A stretch of DNA of 64,000 nucleotides from an uncultured Gemmatimonadales bacterium (GCA_963716255.1 OY970303.1:2048001-2112000); one strand, 5' to 3'. Positions 10,006 to 20,227 are shown, counted from the stretch's first letter. Notes: generated from the sequence alone by a model not told the origin. Program-made: numbers and translations.

Positions 10006-10194
10006 GCGGGGGCTCCTGGCGGTGACTTCGGGAGATCGTGGGTCGCGTGCCGGTCCGGGAAACGGACGGAGCGCGGGGAATCTGCGGAGCGGAGTGCCGC
10101 GTCGAAAGCCCCCGCCCGCAGCACGCCCGGGGTGCCCGGGAATTCCCGCGGACGACGGCGCGGGGAGGCCGCCGGGAGACGCGCCACGGGATCG

Positions 10195-10223
10195 TTGCCT
10201 CTCGCCGGAATGGCGCTTACCAT
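10195..10223 (+). promoter_or_regulatory. Sigma70-like promoter
   Basis: TTGCCT-17-TACCAT upstream of the DUF1801 gene. Confidence 0.55.
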
Positions 10224-10328
10224 CCTGTCTCCGTCCGCGACCGCGCTGCCCCGAACATCGTCGAGCGGCGGGCGACCACGGCGCGGCGGCGGCGCGACAG
10301 GATGCGGCAACGACTCCGGGGAATGCAC

Positions 10329-10754
10329 ATGGCCGAGACCAAGACCAGGCCCACGCAGGTGAACGTCGACGATTTCATCGCGGCGGTCGAGAAGCCGGTG
10401 CGCCGCGCCGACGCCAGGGTCGTGCGCGAGATGATGGAGCGCGTCACCGGCGAGCCCGCGACGATGTGGGGGCCGACGATCATCGGCTTCGGCACCTATC
10501 ATTACCGCTACGCCAGCGGTCACGAGGGGGACATGTGCCGCGTCGGCTTCTCGCCGCGCTCGGCGAACCTGGTGCTCTACGTCGGCGGCTTTCCCGAGTT
10601 CGAGGAGCTGCTCGGAAAGCTCGGGAAGCACAGGCGCTCCAAGGCCTGCCTGTACCTCAACAAGCTCGCCGACGTGGACCTGGGCGTGCTGGAGGAGATC
10701 GTCCGGCGCACCTTCGAGGCGACCGCGGACGCCGATCGGTGCCCGGTCTGCTGA
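10329..10754 (+). CDS. DUF1801 domain protein
   Basis: MWGPTIIGFGTYHYRYASG..GFSPR..LGKH..CLY. Confidence 0.88.
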   Translation: MAETKTRPTQVNVDDFIAAVEKPVRRADARVVREMMERVTGEPATMWGPTIIGFGTYHYRYASGHEGDMCRVGFSPRSANLVLYVGGFPEFEELLGKLGKHRRSKACLYLNKLADVDLGVLEEIVRRTFEATADADRCPVC

Positions 10755-10977
10755 GCGGGCAGGCCGCAACGTGCGTCCAGCCTCTATCCTCCCCTGCGGC
10801 TCGGAGCGCACCTGCTGCGAACGGTCCCCCACAGCGAACCGGCCCCGCGCTCCGAAAGCGCGGGGCCGGTCTCGTTCCGTCTGGCCGGGCATCGTGCCGT
10901 CACGGGCTCGACAGGCTCGAGCCGGGACGGACGTCCGCTCCCGGAAGGGCTGGCCGACGATCGGATCGGGCCCGCCG

Positions 10978-11175
10978 CTACTGCTGCTGCACCAGCGGCT
11001 CCGGCGCGGCCTCCTGCTTCGCTCGTGCCGCCTTCCCCTCCCGCTCCCCGGCCTCGCGCGACATCCGCGTCTCCACGTCCTCGAACGGGGAAAGCACCGT
11101 TTCCATGAGGGTTCGCTGGGGCTTGCCCTCGACGGCGCGCTTGAACGCGGTGTCGTAGACCTGCTTGTTCTTCAT
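10978..11175 (-). CDS. Small hypothetical protein (65 aa)
   Basis: MKNKQVYD...; GGAGG RBS; high GC3. Confidence 0.65.
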   Translation of the reverse strand: MKNKQVYDTAFKRAVEGKPQRTLMETVLSPFEDVETRMSREAGEREGKAARAKQEAAPEPLVQQQ

Positions 11176-11226
11176 CTGCGCCTCCGGACCGGGTGGACGG
11201 GGCTGTCGGGGTCGCGCACCTAACGC

Positions 11227-11243
11227 AGCAATTCCTGAGCCCG
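11227..11243 (-). promoter_or_regulatory. Candidate sigma54 -24/-12 promoter
   Basis: CGGGCTCAGGAATTGCT (GG-N10-GC) upstream of the 65-aa gene. Confidence 0.45.
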
Positions 11244-11294
11244 TCCAGAAAGCTACGTACCCGCGCGCGGCTCCGCGGCGCACGCGGCCACCCG

Positions 11295-11756
11295 CTACGG
11301 CTCGTCCGCGCTGGGCCCGTAGATCTGCGGCACGGTGGATCCCATGGGCCGCAGGTAGGTGGAGACCTGCCCGCGGTGGTGGACGATGTCGAAGAGGAAG
11401 CTCCAGGCCATGGGCGACGCGGGCCGCTGGCTGCCGAAGAAGTCGAGCGTGCCCTCCCAGCGCTCGGCGGGCAGTGCCTTCCAGCGCTCCACGATCCGGT
11501 CGCTCTGCGTCCCGTACGCCGCGACCACCTCCGCCATGGTCGCGGGCATGGGCGGCGGCGCCCATTCGACCGTGCCGCTCTCCAGCGCCTCGATGATCAT
11601 CTTTTCCTCGCAGACGATCTGCCAAGCGATCTCCTGCGCCGTGCGGGACCTGGGATCCGGACGGTAGTCCGACCCCTCCGGGATCCTCGCCAGCACCGCG
11701 CGCGTGGTCTTCGCTTCCTTCGCCCAGAACTCCGTGAACAGCGACTTCTCGTCCAT
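11295..11756 (-). CDS. DinB family protein
   Basis: HHRGQVSTYLR..VPQIYGPSAD. Confidence 0.9.
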   Translation of the reverse strand: MDEKSLFTEFWAKEAKTTRAVLARIPEGSDYRPDPRSRTAQEIAWQIVCEEKMIIEALESGTVEWAPPPMPATMAEVVAAYGTQSDRIVERWKALPAERWEGTLDFFGSQRPASPMAWSFLFDIVHHRGQVSTYLRPMGSTVPQIYGPSADEP

Positions 11757-11852
11757 GGTCGTCTCCCCCGGAATGCGCGGATCGGTGTTCCCGGCGAAGC
11801 CGCCCCGCCGGTGATCAGAGCGTGCTCCCGCGTCCTCGTCGTTTTTCCTTCT

Positions 11853-12980
11853 TCACAGCGTAAGCCCCCGCGCGGCGAGCTCCGCCGCGTGGCGTTCGAC
11901 CCCGTCCTCCGGCCTTTCCTGCTCCTGCAGCCAGGCGACCAGGTCCTTCATCCCCTCCTCGAACGTCACCCGCGGCTCGTAGCCCATCGCCTCGCGCGCC
12001 CTGGAGATGTCCGCGAAGCAGTTGCGGATGTCGCCCACCCGGTAGCGGCCGGACACCCCGGGCGCGACGTCCACGCCGAGCACCCGCGCCAGTGTGGACG
12101 CCACTTCCGTGACCGTGACCGGGCTCCCGGAGCCCACGTTGAGCGCCCGACCCACCGCGCCGGGCGCCTCGCCGGCGAGCAGCAGGGCGTCCACGACGTC
12201 GTGGACGGAAACGAAGTCGCGCCTCTGCTCGCCGTCCTCGAAGACCAGCGGCGGCTCGCCGTTGAGCAGGCGCGAGCTGAAGATGGCCGCCACCCCGGTG
12301 TACGGGTTGGAAAGCGACTGGCGCGGCCCGTAGACGTTGAAGAAGCGGAGCGCCACGCTGGGGATCCCGTACGCCTCGCCGATCTGCAGGACCATCTTTT
12401 CCTGGTCCGCCTTGGTGAGGGCGTAGATGGAGGTGGGGTCCAGCGGCTTGTCCTCGTCCGTGGGGACGGGGCGGAGCGGGGCGCCGTCCGGGTCCCGCAT
12501 CTCCCAGTCGCGCCCGCGCAGCCGTTCCGCGGAGCGCCGCCCGGCCGCCGGCTCTCGGCCGTCGTCGCGCACGTAGCGTCCCTCGCCGTAGATGGACATG
12601 GAGCTGGCGACCACCAGCCGCTTCAGCACCATCTCGCGGTCCACCAGCGTCTGCAGCAGGTACGCGGTGCCCAGCGTGTTGGTCGCCGTGTAGTCGGCGA
12701 TCTGGTACATGGACTGCCCCACCCCCACCGCCGCGGCCAGGTGGTACACGGTGTCCACGCCGCTCAGCACCCGGTCCCACACGTCGCGGTCGCGCACGTC
12801 GCCCACCACCAGCTCCGCGTACCCGGAGAGCCAGGGCGGACGCCGCCGGTCCGGGCCGTGCACCTGGGGGTCCAGGTTGTCCAGGATGCGCACCCGGTCG
12901 CCCCGCTCGATCAGCGCGTCCACCAGGTGGCTCCCCACGAACCCCGCCCCGCCGGTCACCAGTACACTTCGCTCCTCCAC
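11853..12980 (-). CDS. NAD-dependent epimerase/dehydratase
   Basis: VTGGAGFVG, YALTK, RFFNVYGP; GTG start after GGAGG. Confidence 0.92.
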   Translation of the reverse strand: MEERSVLVTGGAGFVGSHLVDALIERGDRVRILDNLDPQVHGPDRRRPPWLSGYAELVVGDVRDRDVWDRVLSGVDTVYHLAAAVGVGQSMYQIADYTATNTLGTAYLLQTLVDREMVLKRLVVASSMSIYGEGRYVRDDGREPAAGRRSAERLRGRDWEMRDPDGAPLRPVPTDEDKPLDPTSIYALTKADQEKMVLQIGEAYGIPSVALRFFNVYGPRQSLSNPYTGVAAIFSSRLLNGEPPLVFEDGEQRRDFVSVHDVVDALLLAGEAPGAVGRALNVGSGSPVTVTEVASTLARVLGVDVAPGVSGRYRVGDIRNCFADISRAREAMGYEPRVTFEEGMKDLVAWLQEQERPEDGVERHAAELAARGLTL

Positions 12981-13162
12981 GCTTCCACCTCCCTGGATGT
13001 CGATGCCCCGGACCCGGGCTCCGGGGCGGCCCCCACGGCCCGCCGGGAGACGGCTCCGCGGCGCCGGGACCCGGCCGTGCATCACACAAGCATCACGGAC
13101 TGTCGCTACGGGAGCACTTCGAGGTGTCCGCAGCCCTCAGGTCCGCGCCGGCCTTGCGTGCG

Positions 13163-13441
13163 TCACGTCTCAGTGAGCGCCAGCCTGGCGTCGTACTCCT
13201 CGGACCAGCGCGCGACGCGCCGGTCCACCTCGTCGGCCCAGACCCCGGCGACCAGGCGCTGCGCCAGGCGCACGCCCAGCCGCACCGCGTGGGTGCGGGC
13301 CGCCTCGTCCTCGCGCCCTTCCCGGAGGTGGCCGGCCGCTTCCATCTCGACCGCGAAGGCCAGCCGGTCGAGGTCGGTGAAGATCCTGCCGCGGAGCGAG
13401 GCTGCTTCGGGGGCTTCGTCCGGCGACGGGTGGCTCAGCAT
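13163..13441 (-). CDS. Small helical hypothetical protein (92 aa)
   Basis: MLSHPSPD..., GGAG RBS; tail of track ORF 13163..14542. Confidence 0.6.
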   Translation of the reverse strand: MLSHPSPDEAPEAASLRGRIFTDLDRLAFAVEMEAAGHLREGREDEAARTHAVRLGVRLAQRLVAGVWADEVDRRVARWSEEYDARLALTET

Positions 13442-13524
13442 TGCGACTCCGGCGACGACGGTCGATGATGGGAACCCGGGCCATATCCGGATGTCCTGAA
13501 AGGCTTTGCGCCGCGCGGGGCCTC

Positions 13525-13540
13525 GCAACTCCCGTGCCCA
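13525..13540 (-). promoter_or_regulatory. Candidate sigma54 promoter
   Basis: TGGGCACGGGAGTTGC, close to the TGGCAC-N5-TTGC consensus. Confidence 0.6.
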
Positions 13541-13665
13541 CCGTCCACTTACGCTTCTCCGTCTTCGCCCGAGTTTTTGCGGAAATCGCGCGCGGAGGAC
13601 GCGCCCCGGGAAGCATGTCGTTTCCGGTGCGGCCGGGGCTCGCGCCGCGGCTCCCCGTCCGCCGC

Positions 13666-14571
13666 TCAGCGCCCCGCCACGCTCTGGTAGACGATGCGGA
13701 CGAACGATTCCGGCTTCATGAACCCCTGCCCCCAGCGTGCGTCGAACTCGGCGCTGGGCCGGGCCGCGAGCACCTGCTCCACCGTCTTCCCCTCGCGCGC
13801 CATTGCGCGCACCCGGTCGCGCACCGTGGCGAGCATGTCCCGGTACGCGCGCAGCTCCGCGCGGCCGGAGAGCGGGCCGTGGCCGGGGATGATGCGGGTG
13901 CGCTCCCCCGCCATGGCGAGCACCCGGTCCGCCGCGGCGATCATGCCGTCCACCGACCCGCCGCTGGACAGGTCGACGTAGGGGTACAGGCCGTTGAAGT
14001 AGGTGTCGCCCATGTGCACCACGTCCGCCCTGCGGAAGTGCACGACGGCGTCGCCGTCGGTGTGCGCGGGCGCCACGTGGAAGGCGTGCACCTCCTCGCC
14101 GTTCAGGTGGAAGGTGACCGCATCGGCGAAGGTGACCACGGGGAGGGCCCCGGCCGGGGAAGCCTTCACCGTGTCGCTCAGGTTGTTCTGGAACTGGTCG
14201 GCGCTCATGCGCGTGCGGACGTTGTCGTGCGCCACGATCAGCACGCCGGTCCTGCCCAGGTTCTCGTTGCCGCCGGTGTGGTCGCCGTGCCAGTGGGTGT
14301 TCAGGACGAACTTCACCGGTGCCGGGGAGATGCGGGCGACGGCGGCGCGGATCTTTTCCGTGAGCGGCGCGAACTGGTCGTCCACCAGGAACACGCCGTC
14401 CGCCCCCGCCACCACGGCCACGTTGCCGCCCGCGCCGGTGAGCACGTGGACGGCGCCGGCCACGTGCTCGGTGCGCACCTGCACGGCGGACAGGTCCTGC
14501 GCGCGGGCCGCGGAAGGGGCGAGCAGCGCGGCGGCGAAGCACAGGGAGAGCGGACCGGGTACGGGGCGCAT
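13666..14571 (-). CDS. Secreted MBL-fold metallo-hydrolase (cyclase-like)
   Basis: THWHGDH, AHTDGD, HMGD, PGHG; signal peptide. Confidence 0.92.
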   Translation of the reverse strand: MRPVPGPLSLCFAAALLAPSAARAQDLSAVQVRTEHVAGAVHVLTGAGGNVAVVAGADGVFLVDDQFAPLTEKIRAAVARISPAPVKFVLNTHWHGDHTGGNENLGRTGVLIVAHDNVRTRMSADQFQNNLSDTVKASPAGALPVVTFADAVTFHLNGEEVHAFHVAPAHTDGDAVVHFRRADVVHMGDTYFNGLYPYVDLSSGGSVDGMIAAADRVLAMAGERTRIIPGHGPLSGRAELRAYRDMLATVRDRVRAMAREGKTVEQVLAARPSAEFDARWGQGFMKPESFVRIVYQSVAGR

Positions 14572-14754
14572 GGAGCCTCGGGGCGCGGGTGGGTGGAGCG
14601 GGGGCCGGCGGGCGGGCCGCCCCGGTGGCAACCTGCCGGGCGGGGGAGGCCGCGGCAAGGCGCTGTGCCGGATTTTACACGTGCCGCCTGCCGGACGACG
14701 GAGCGGCGGCGAACTCCGGGAGCCCGCCGCCGCGTAGAGGAGATCGCGTCGAGA

Positions 14755-15051
14755 TCAGCGGTTCTTGCGGATCGCGCGGACCAGTTCCTCCTTGCCCATC
14801 TTGCTGCGACCTTCGATGTCCATATCCCTGGCGATGTTGTAGAGCTCGTCGCGGGTGCGCTCGTCCAGCGACTCGCGGGGGTTGCCCGTCCCCTGCGTGG
14901 TGCGGTTGGGGGTGCGCCCCTCCTCGCGGCGGCGCTTGTTGACGGTGCGCGCCGCGATCTCCTCCGCGCGCTCCTCGCCCACCCCGCGCTCCTCCTCGCC
15001 CTCCTTGACGTGCTCGTACATCCGTTCGTCCTTGCCGCTCCAGGCAGGCAT
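14755..15051 (-). CDS. Small protein with a C-terminal Rho-termination N-terminal-like domain
   Basis: ERMYEHVK..AARTVNK; TRDELYNIARDMDIEGRSKMGKEEL; GGAGG RBS. Confidence 0.85.
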   Translation of the reverse strand: MPAWSGKDERMYEHVKEGEEERGVGEERAEEIAARTVNKRRREEGRTPNRTTQGTGNPRESLDERTRDELYNIARDMDIEGRSKMGKEELVRAIRKNR

Positions 15052-15108
15052 GCGCCACCTCCGTCGTGTCGTGGTCCCAGGCGTGAACGCCGCGTCGCCC
15101 GCACGCTC

Positions 15109-15124
15109 GCAAGACGAGTACCGG
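15109..15124 (-). promoter_or_regulatory. Candidate sigma54 promoter
   Basis: CCGGTACTCGTCTTGC (GG-N10-GC). Confidence 0.45.
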
Positions 15125-15247
15125 CAGGCGATTGCGCCGGCACGACGCCGGGCCTGACGGAGCCGGGGCCGGTAGACAGGACGCCCGCATGCGTTTAGGC
15201 TTCGTCGCATCGGCTTCACTTTCGGACGCGGCGATGCGGGAGCGTAC

Positions 15248-15763
15248 ATGACGGAGCGGGTGATCCTGGTGGACGAGAGCGACCGCGAGGTCGGAACGGA
15301 GGACAAGGAGCGCGCCCACCGCGAGGGGCGGCTGCACCGCGCCTTCTCGGTGTTCGTGTTCAACTCGCGCGGCGAGATGCTCCTGCAGCGGCGCGCGAGG
15401 GCCAAGTACCACTCCGCCGGGCTGTGGACGAACACCTGCTGCAGCCACCCGCGCCCGGGGGAGAGCGTGGCCGACGCGGCCCGCCGCCGGCTGCGCGAGG
15501 AGATGGGGATGGAGTGCGACCTGCGCGGCGCCTTTCCCTTCGTGTACCGCGCCGAGCTGGACCGCGGGATGACGGAGCACGAGTACGACCACGTGTTCGT
15601 GGGCCGGTGCGACCGCGACCCGGTCCCCGACGCGGGCGAGGTGGAGGAGTGGGCCTGGGTGCACCCGGACGCCGTCCGCCGCGACGTGGCGGAGCGGCCG
15701 GACCGCTACACGTACTGGTTCCGCGTGGCGCTCCCCGAGCTGCTGGAGCGCATGGCCGCGTAG
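15248..15763 (+). CDS. idi: Type 1 isopentenyl-diphosphate delta-isomerase
   Basis: LHRAFSVF, WTNTCCSHP, EHEYDHVF, YTYWF. Confidence 0.95.
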   Translation: MTERVILVDESDREVGTEDKERAHREGRLHRAFSVFVFNSRGEMLLQRRARAKYHSAGLWTNTCCSHPRPGESVADAARRRLREEMGMECDLRGAFPFVYRAELDRGMTEHEYDHVFVGRCDRDPVPDAGEVEEWAWVHPDAVRRDVAERPDRYTYWFRVALPELLERMAA

Positions 15764-15945
15764 ACGTCCCCCGCCCGCCGCCCGCGCCGCGTCCATCGCC
15801 GCGCTGGTCCGGCGGCGCCGCGCGGAGTATCGTTGTGCGGCCGGAAAAGCTTGGGTGACGGGCCGGCCCCCGGGCTCGTCTCCCCGTACGTGCCCTTCCC
15901 CGCTCCGGTCCCGCTCCCCTCCTCTCCTCGCCGATCCGCCGCCCG

Positions 15946-17448
15946 ATGCCCCCGCTCCGCCCCCGCACGACGATCCTCCGTGCCCTCGCCGTCGCGGCCG
16001 CGCTGCTCGGCGCCGCCGCGTCCCCCGGGGCCGCGCAGGCCGGCAATCCCGCCGTGGCGGAGGCGCTCGCGCTGCGCGACGCACGGGACTTCGCGGGCGC
16101 CGCCGCGGCCCTGCGCCGCCACCTCGCGGAGCACCCCGGCGACGGCGAGGCGCTGCGGCTGCTCGCGCAGACCCTGTACTGGGACGGCAGGCGGGAGCCC
16201 GCCCGCGGCGCATACGAGCAGGCGCTCGCCCTCCACCCCGGCGACACCCGGCTGCGGCTGGACTACGCCCGCATGCTCGCCGAGACCGGGGGCGCGAGGA
16301 GGGCGAGCGCCGTGCTGGAGCCGGTCCCCACCGAGGGGAGCGCCGGTGCGGAGGCGGAGACGCTGCGCGGGACGCTGGCCTACTGGTCGGGCGACCCGGC
16401 GACCGCCGCCGCCCGCTTCCGGGCCGCGCTCCGCCTGGACCCGGAGCGGACCGAAGCGCGCCGCCTGCTCGACGAGATCCGCGCGGCGGCGGCTCCCCGG
16501 GCGAGCGTGGCCGCGTCCGCGCGCCGGGACGGCCAGCCGCTCGACCGCGCCGCCGTGGCGGTCGAGGCGGGCTGGCATCCCTCCGTCGCCCACGCCGTCT
16601 CGCTGCGCGCGGAGCCGCAGCGCTACACCGCCCGGGGCGTGGAGGCGAGCCTGTTCCAGGGCGAGATCGGCGTGCGGAGCGCCTGGCCCGGCGGCCCGGT
16701 GGAAACGGAGCTCGCGGCCGGCGCGGTGCAGCGCACCGCCGGGGCGGACTGGACCGGCCGCGCCGCGGTCGGGCTCCGCCTGCCGGCGCACCTGGTCGTC
16801 CGCCTGCGGGCGGAGCGGGCGACGTACCTGTGGACGGTCGCGAGCCTCGAAGAGCCGGTGACCACCCGGACGGGGGCCGTGCTCCTGGAATGGAGCGATC
16901 CCCGGGGATGGCTGGGGCAGCTGGGAGCCGGGGTGGACCGGTACCCGGACGCGAACCAGGTGCGCTCCGCCCACGCGTGGATCCTCGCCCCGGTGGTGCG
17001 CACGCGCGCCGCGACGCTTCAGCTCGGCTACGGCTTCGGCGCCCAGGACGCGGACGAGAGCCGCTTCGTCCCGCTCGCCGGGACGCCGCCCTCCGGCGAG
17101 TACGCCCCGTACTACACGCCCATGGGCATGCATTCCCACAGCCTCACCGGGGCGGTGGAAGCGGCGGGCGGGGGCTTCGCGCTGCGCGCCGGGGGTGCGT
17201 ACGGGGTGGCCGCCCGGGAGGACGCCCCCTTCGCCATCGGCGGTCCCGGGACGCAGCCGGGCTGGTACTCGCGGAGCTTCCATCCCTGGAACGCCCGCGC
17301 GCATGCGGACGTGCGCCTCGCGCCCGGCGCCTCCGTCGCGCTGGAGGCGGAGCACTTCCGGACCGCGTTCTACGACTACACGGCCGGGAGCGTGGGAATC
17401 GTCCTCCGCCGCCTCCCCCGCGCGGGCGGCGGGGCCGGGGGGTGGTAG
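15946..17448 (+). CDS. Exported TPR protein with a probable C-terminal beta-barrel (PgaA/BcsC-like architecture)
   Basis: Signal peptide, TPR-like repeats (AYEQALALHPGD, FRAALRLDPE), then amphipathic beta-strands and a YYTP loop. Confidence 0.75.
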   Translation: MPPLRPRTTILRALAVAAALLGAAASPGAAQAGNPAVAEALALRDARDFAGAAAALRRHLAEHPGDGEALRLLAQTLYWDGRREPARGAYEQALALHPGDTRLRLDYARMLAETGGARRASAVLEPVPTEGSAGAEAETLRGTLAYWSGDPATAAARFRAALRLDPERTEARRLLDEIRAAAAPRASVAASARRDGQPLDRAAVAVEAGWHPSVAHAVSLRAEPQRYTARGVEASLFQGEIGVRSAWPGGPVETELAAGAVQRTAGADWTGRAAVGLRLPAHLVVRLRAERATYLWTVASLEEPVTTRTGAVLLEWSDPRGWLGQLGAGVDRYPDANQVRSAHAWILAPVVRTRAATLQLGYGFGAQDADESRFVPLAGTPPSGEYAPYYTPMGMHSHSLTGAVEAAGGGFALRAGGAYGVAAREDAPFAIGGPGTQPGWYSRSFHPWNARAHADVRLAPGASVALEAEHFRTAFYDYTAGSVGIVLRRLPRAGGGAGGW

Positions 17449-19058
17449 CGCCGCTCCCGCGCCGCCGGGCCCCGGACGACCCGTGGGTGCGGCGCCGCGC
17501 GGCCCCGGTGCGCTTCCGCGACCGCCTCGTCCTCACCGTGCTGGTGGGTGGGGGAGCCGCTTCCTGCCTCCTGCTCGCGGACTGGTGGTTCCGTCCCGGC
17601 CACGTGGCCCAGCCGGCCCTCTTCGTCCTCCTCTCGCTGGCGTTCTGGTACGGAGCCGGCAGGATCGTGGTGGGGTGGGTCAACTACCTGGGGGTCGCGC
17701 GGCCGGAGCACGTGCCGGCCCCCGGCGGGCTGCGGGTCGCGGTCTTCACCACCAGCTCCCCCGGCGAGCCGCTCTCCATGTTCGAGACGACGCTGGCGGC
17801 CTGCGCGCGGATCCGCTACCCGCACACCACCTACCTCCTGGACGACACCCGCGACCCGCGGTTCCGCGAGGCGGCGGAGCGGCACGGGGCGGTGTGGCTG
17901 GAGCTGGTGGGGCTGCCGGGCGCGAAGGCGGGAAAGATCAACCGGGCGCTGGAGCTCACGGACGAGGAGTTCGTCCTGGTGCTCGACCCGGACCACGTGC
18001 CCTTCCCGGAGTTCCTGGACCGCACCCTGGGCCACCTATCGGACCCGCGGGTGGGCTTCGTGCAGGTCTGCCAGGCGTACTACAACCAGGGACGCTCGTT
18101 CGTGGCGCGGGGCGCCGCGGAGCAGACGTACGCCTTCTACGGCCCGGGCCAGATGGGGCTGTTCGGACACGGCGCGGCGCTCGCCATCGGCGCCAACTGC
18201 ACCTTCCGGCGGGCGGCGCTGGAATCGGTGGGCGGCCACGGGGTGGGGCTGGCGGAGGACCTGGTCACCGCCATCCGGCTGCACGCCGCGGGGTGGAAGT
18301 CGGTGTACGTCCCCGAGGTGGTGAGCCGGGGTCTCGTCCCGGAGGACCTGGGCTCCTTCCAGAAGCAGCAGCTCAAGTGGGCCCGCGGCGTCTACGAGAT
18401 GGTCTTCGCGGAGCTCCCGCGCGCGTTCACGCGACTCACCTGGCGGCAGCGGCTCTGCTACGCCACGGTGGGGACCTACTACCTGTTCGGCGCCACCACC
18501 CTGCTCTTCCTCGTGATCCCGTACCTCTACCTGTGGACCGGAGTGCAGCCCGCCTCCATGCGCTTCGCGGGATTCCTGACCGCCTCGGCCCCGGTCTCGG
18601 GGTTCGGGGCCGCGGTGTACCTGTACGTGCAGCGATGGCTCTGCCACCCCGCCGTCGAGCGCGGGATCCACTGGCGGGGGCTGGTGCTCAAGGTGGCCTG
18701 CTGGCCCGTTTTCCTGGCCGGGACGCTGCTCGCCGTCGTCCGCGCCGAGATCCCCTACGTTCCCACCGCCAAGCAGGCGGTGCGCGGACACGTGCTGCGG
18801 CTGGCGCGGCCGCACCTGGCCCTGCTGGCCCTCTACCTGGCGACCGTGGCACACGTGGCGTACACGCGCCTGGCGGAAACCCCGGAGGGGGCGCTGGAGC
18901 TGAGCGGCGAGGCGGTGTGGGGGATGCTGGGGTTCGCCACCGTCCCGGTGCTGATGGCGTGCGGGGCGGTGTACGCCGCGTGGCGCTCGCGCACCCCCGC
19001 CCCGGGGACGCCGTGGGAGGCCGTGCCGGTGGACCGCCTGGGAGGGGAGGCACGATGA
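17442..19058 (+). CDS. Processive GT2 glycosyltransferase, cellulose-synthase-like
   Basis: LLDD, KAGKIN, LDPDH, AED and QQLKW motifs with flanking TMs; start uncertain (GTG overlapping the upstream stop). Confidence 0.9.
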   Translation: MVAPLPRRRAPDDPWVRRRAAPVRFRDRLVLTVLVGGGAASCLLLADWWFRPGHVAQPALFVLLSLAFWYGAGRIVVGWVNYLGVARPEHVPAPGGLRVAVFTTSSPGEPLSMFETTLAACARIRYPHTTYLLDDTRDPRFREAAERHGAVWLELVGLPGAKAGKINRALELTDEEFVLVLDPDHVPFPEFLDRTLGHLSDPRVGFVQVCQAYYNQGRSFVARGAAEQTYAFYGPGQMGLFGHGAALAIGANCTFRRAALESVGGHGVGLAEDLVTAIRLHAAGWKSVYVPEVVSRGLVPEDLGSFQKQQLKWARGVYEMVFAELPRAFTRLTWRQRLCYATVGTYYLFGATTLLFLVIPYLYLWTGVQPASMRFAGFLTASAPVSGFGAAVYLYVQRWLCHPAVERGIHWRGLVLKVACWPVFLAGTLLAVVRAEIPYVPTAKQAVRGHVLRLARPHLALLALYLATVAHVAYTRLAETPEGALELSGEAVWGMLGFATVPVLMACGAVYAAWRSRTPAPGTPWEAVPVDRLGGEAR

Positions 19059-20227
19059 GGCGCACGGGGAGGATCGTCCTGACGGCCGCGGCGCTGGCCG
19101 GGTGCGCGGCCGCGGTGCTGGGGCTGACGGCCCTCGGCACGCGGGCGGAAGGACCGCTTACGGGAGCGCTGGAGCGGGCCGCGGGGATGGTGGGGGTCGT
19201 GGAGGGACGCGTCGCCCGGCGGGTGCACGGCCCCGGCCGGGAGGCGCGGCTCGCCTGGTTCGGCCCCATGCGGACGGCGGCCCGCCTGCGGCGGCCGGAG
19301 GGGGTGCTGCTCGGCGCGTACGACCAGGGCCTCCCCGCGAGCCTCCAGGGAGTCCTGGACCTGGAGAGCCGCCTGGGGACGGTGCTCCCGCTGGTCGCGC
19401 TGTACACGGCGTGGGGCGACCGGCCCGAGCAGCAGTTCCCGCGGCGGCAGCTGCAGGCCGTCTGGGACCTGGGCTCGGTTCCCGTGGTCACCTGGGAGCC
19501 GTGGCTCACCGACTTCGAGAACCGGCTGCACCCGTCGCTGCCGCTTCGCGCGGAGAGGGACCGCGGCGGGCTGGCCGCCATCGCCCGCGGCGAGTACGAC
19601 TTCTACGTCGACGCGTGGGCGCGGGACGCGGCCCGCTGGGGCAGGCCGGTCTTCGTGCGGTGGGGCCACGAGATGAACGACCCGTACCGCTACCCCTGGG
19701 GCCCCCAGAACAACGCCTCCGCCGACTACGTGGCCGCGTGGCGCCACGTGGTGGAGCGGTTCCGGCGCGCCGGGGCGGCGAACGTCCTGTGGGTGTGGTC
19801 GCCCCACGTGGCGTACTCGGGCGCCGCGAGCTATTACCCGGGCGGCGACGTGGTGGACTGGGTGGCGACGGGCGCGCTCAACTACGGCACCGTGGCGTAC
19901 TGGTCGCGCTGGTGGAGCTTCGAGGAGATCTACGGCTCCAAGCGGGGCGCTCTCACGCCATACGGCAAGCCGGTGATGATCGCCGAGTTCGGCTCCCTCG
20001 CGGTGGGCGGGGACCGCGCCGCCTGGTATCGCGAAGCGCTCGCGGATCTTCCCGCCCGTCATCCCGAGGTGAAGGCGGTGATCGTCTACGGCGCCTCGCG
20101 CGACGCCACCGTGACGCAGCAGACCCTGGACTGGTCCGTGACGCCCGACTCCGCCTCCGCCCGCGCCGTGGCGGACGAGCTGGCCCGCTGGGCGCCCGCG
20201 CCCGCTCGCGTCCCCCCGAAACGCTGA
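19055..20227 (+). CDS. Glycoside hydrolase family 26
   Basis: VTWEPW, RWGHEMN (acid/base), WVWSP, YYPG..VDW, KPVMIAEFG (nucleophile); ATGA overlap. Confidence 0.9.
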   Translation: MRRTGRIVLTAAALAGCAAAVLGLTALGTRAEGPLTGALERAAGMVGVVEGRVARRVHGPGREARLAWFGPMRTAARLRRPEGVLLGAYDQGLPASLQGVLDLESRLGTVLPLVALYTAWGDRPEQQFPRRQLQAVWDLGSVPVVTWEPWLTDFENRLHPSLPLRAERDRGGLAAIARGEYDFYVDAWARDAARWGRPVFVRWGHEMNDPYRYPWGPQNNASADYVAAWRHVVERFRRAGAANVLWVWSPHVAYSGAASYYPGGDVVDWVATGALNYGTVAYWSRWWSFEEIYGSKRGALTPYGKPVMIAEFGSLAVGGDRAAWYREALADLPARHPEVKAVIVYGASRDATVTQQTLDWSVTPDSASARAVADELARWAPAPARVPPKR

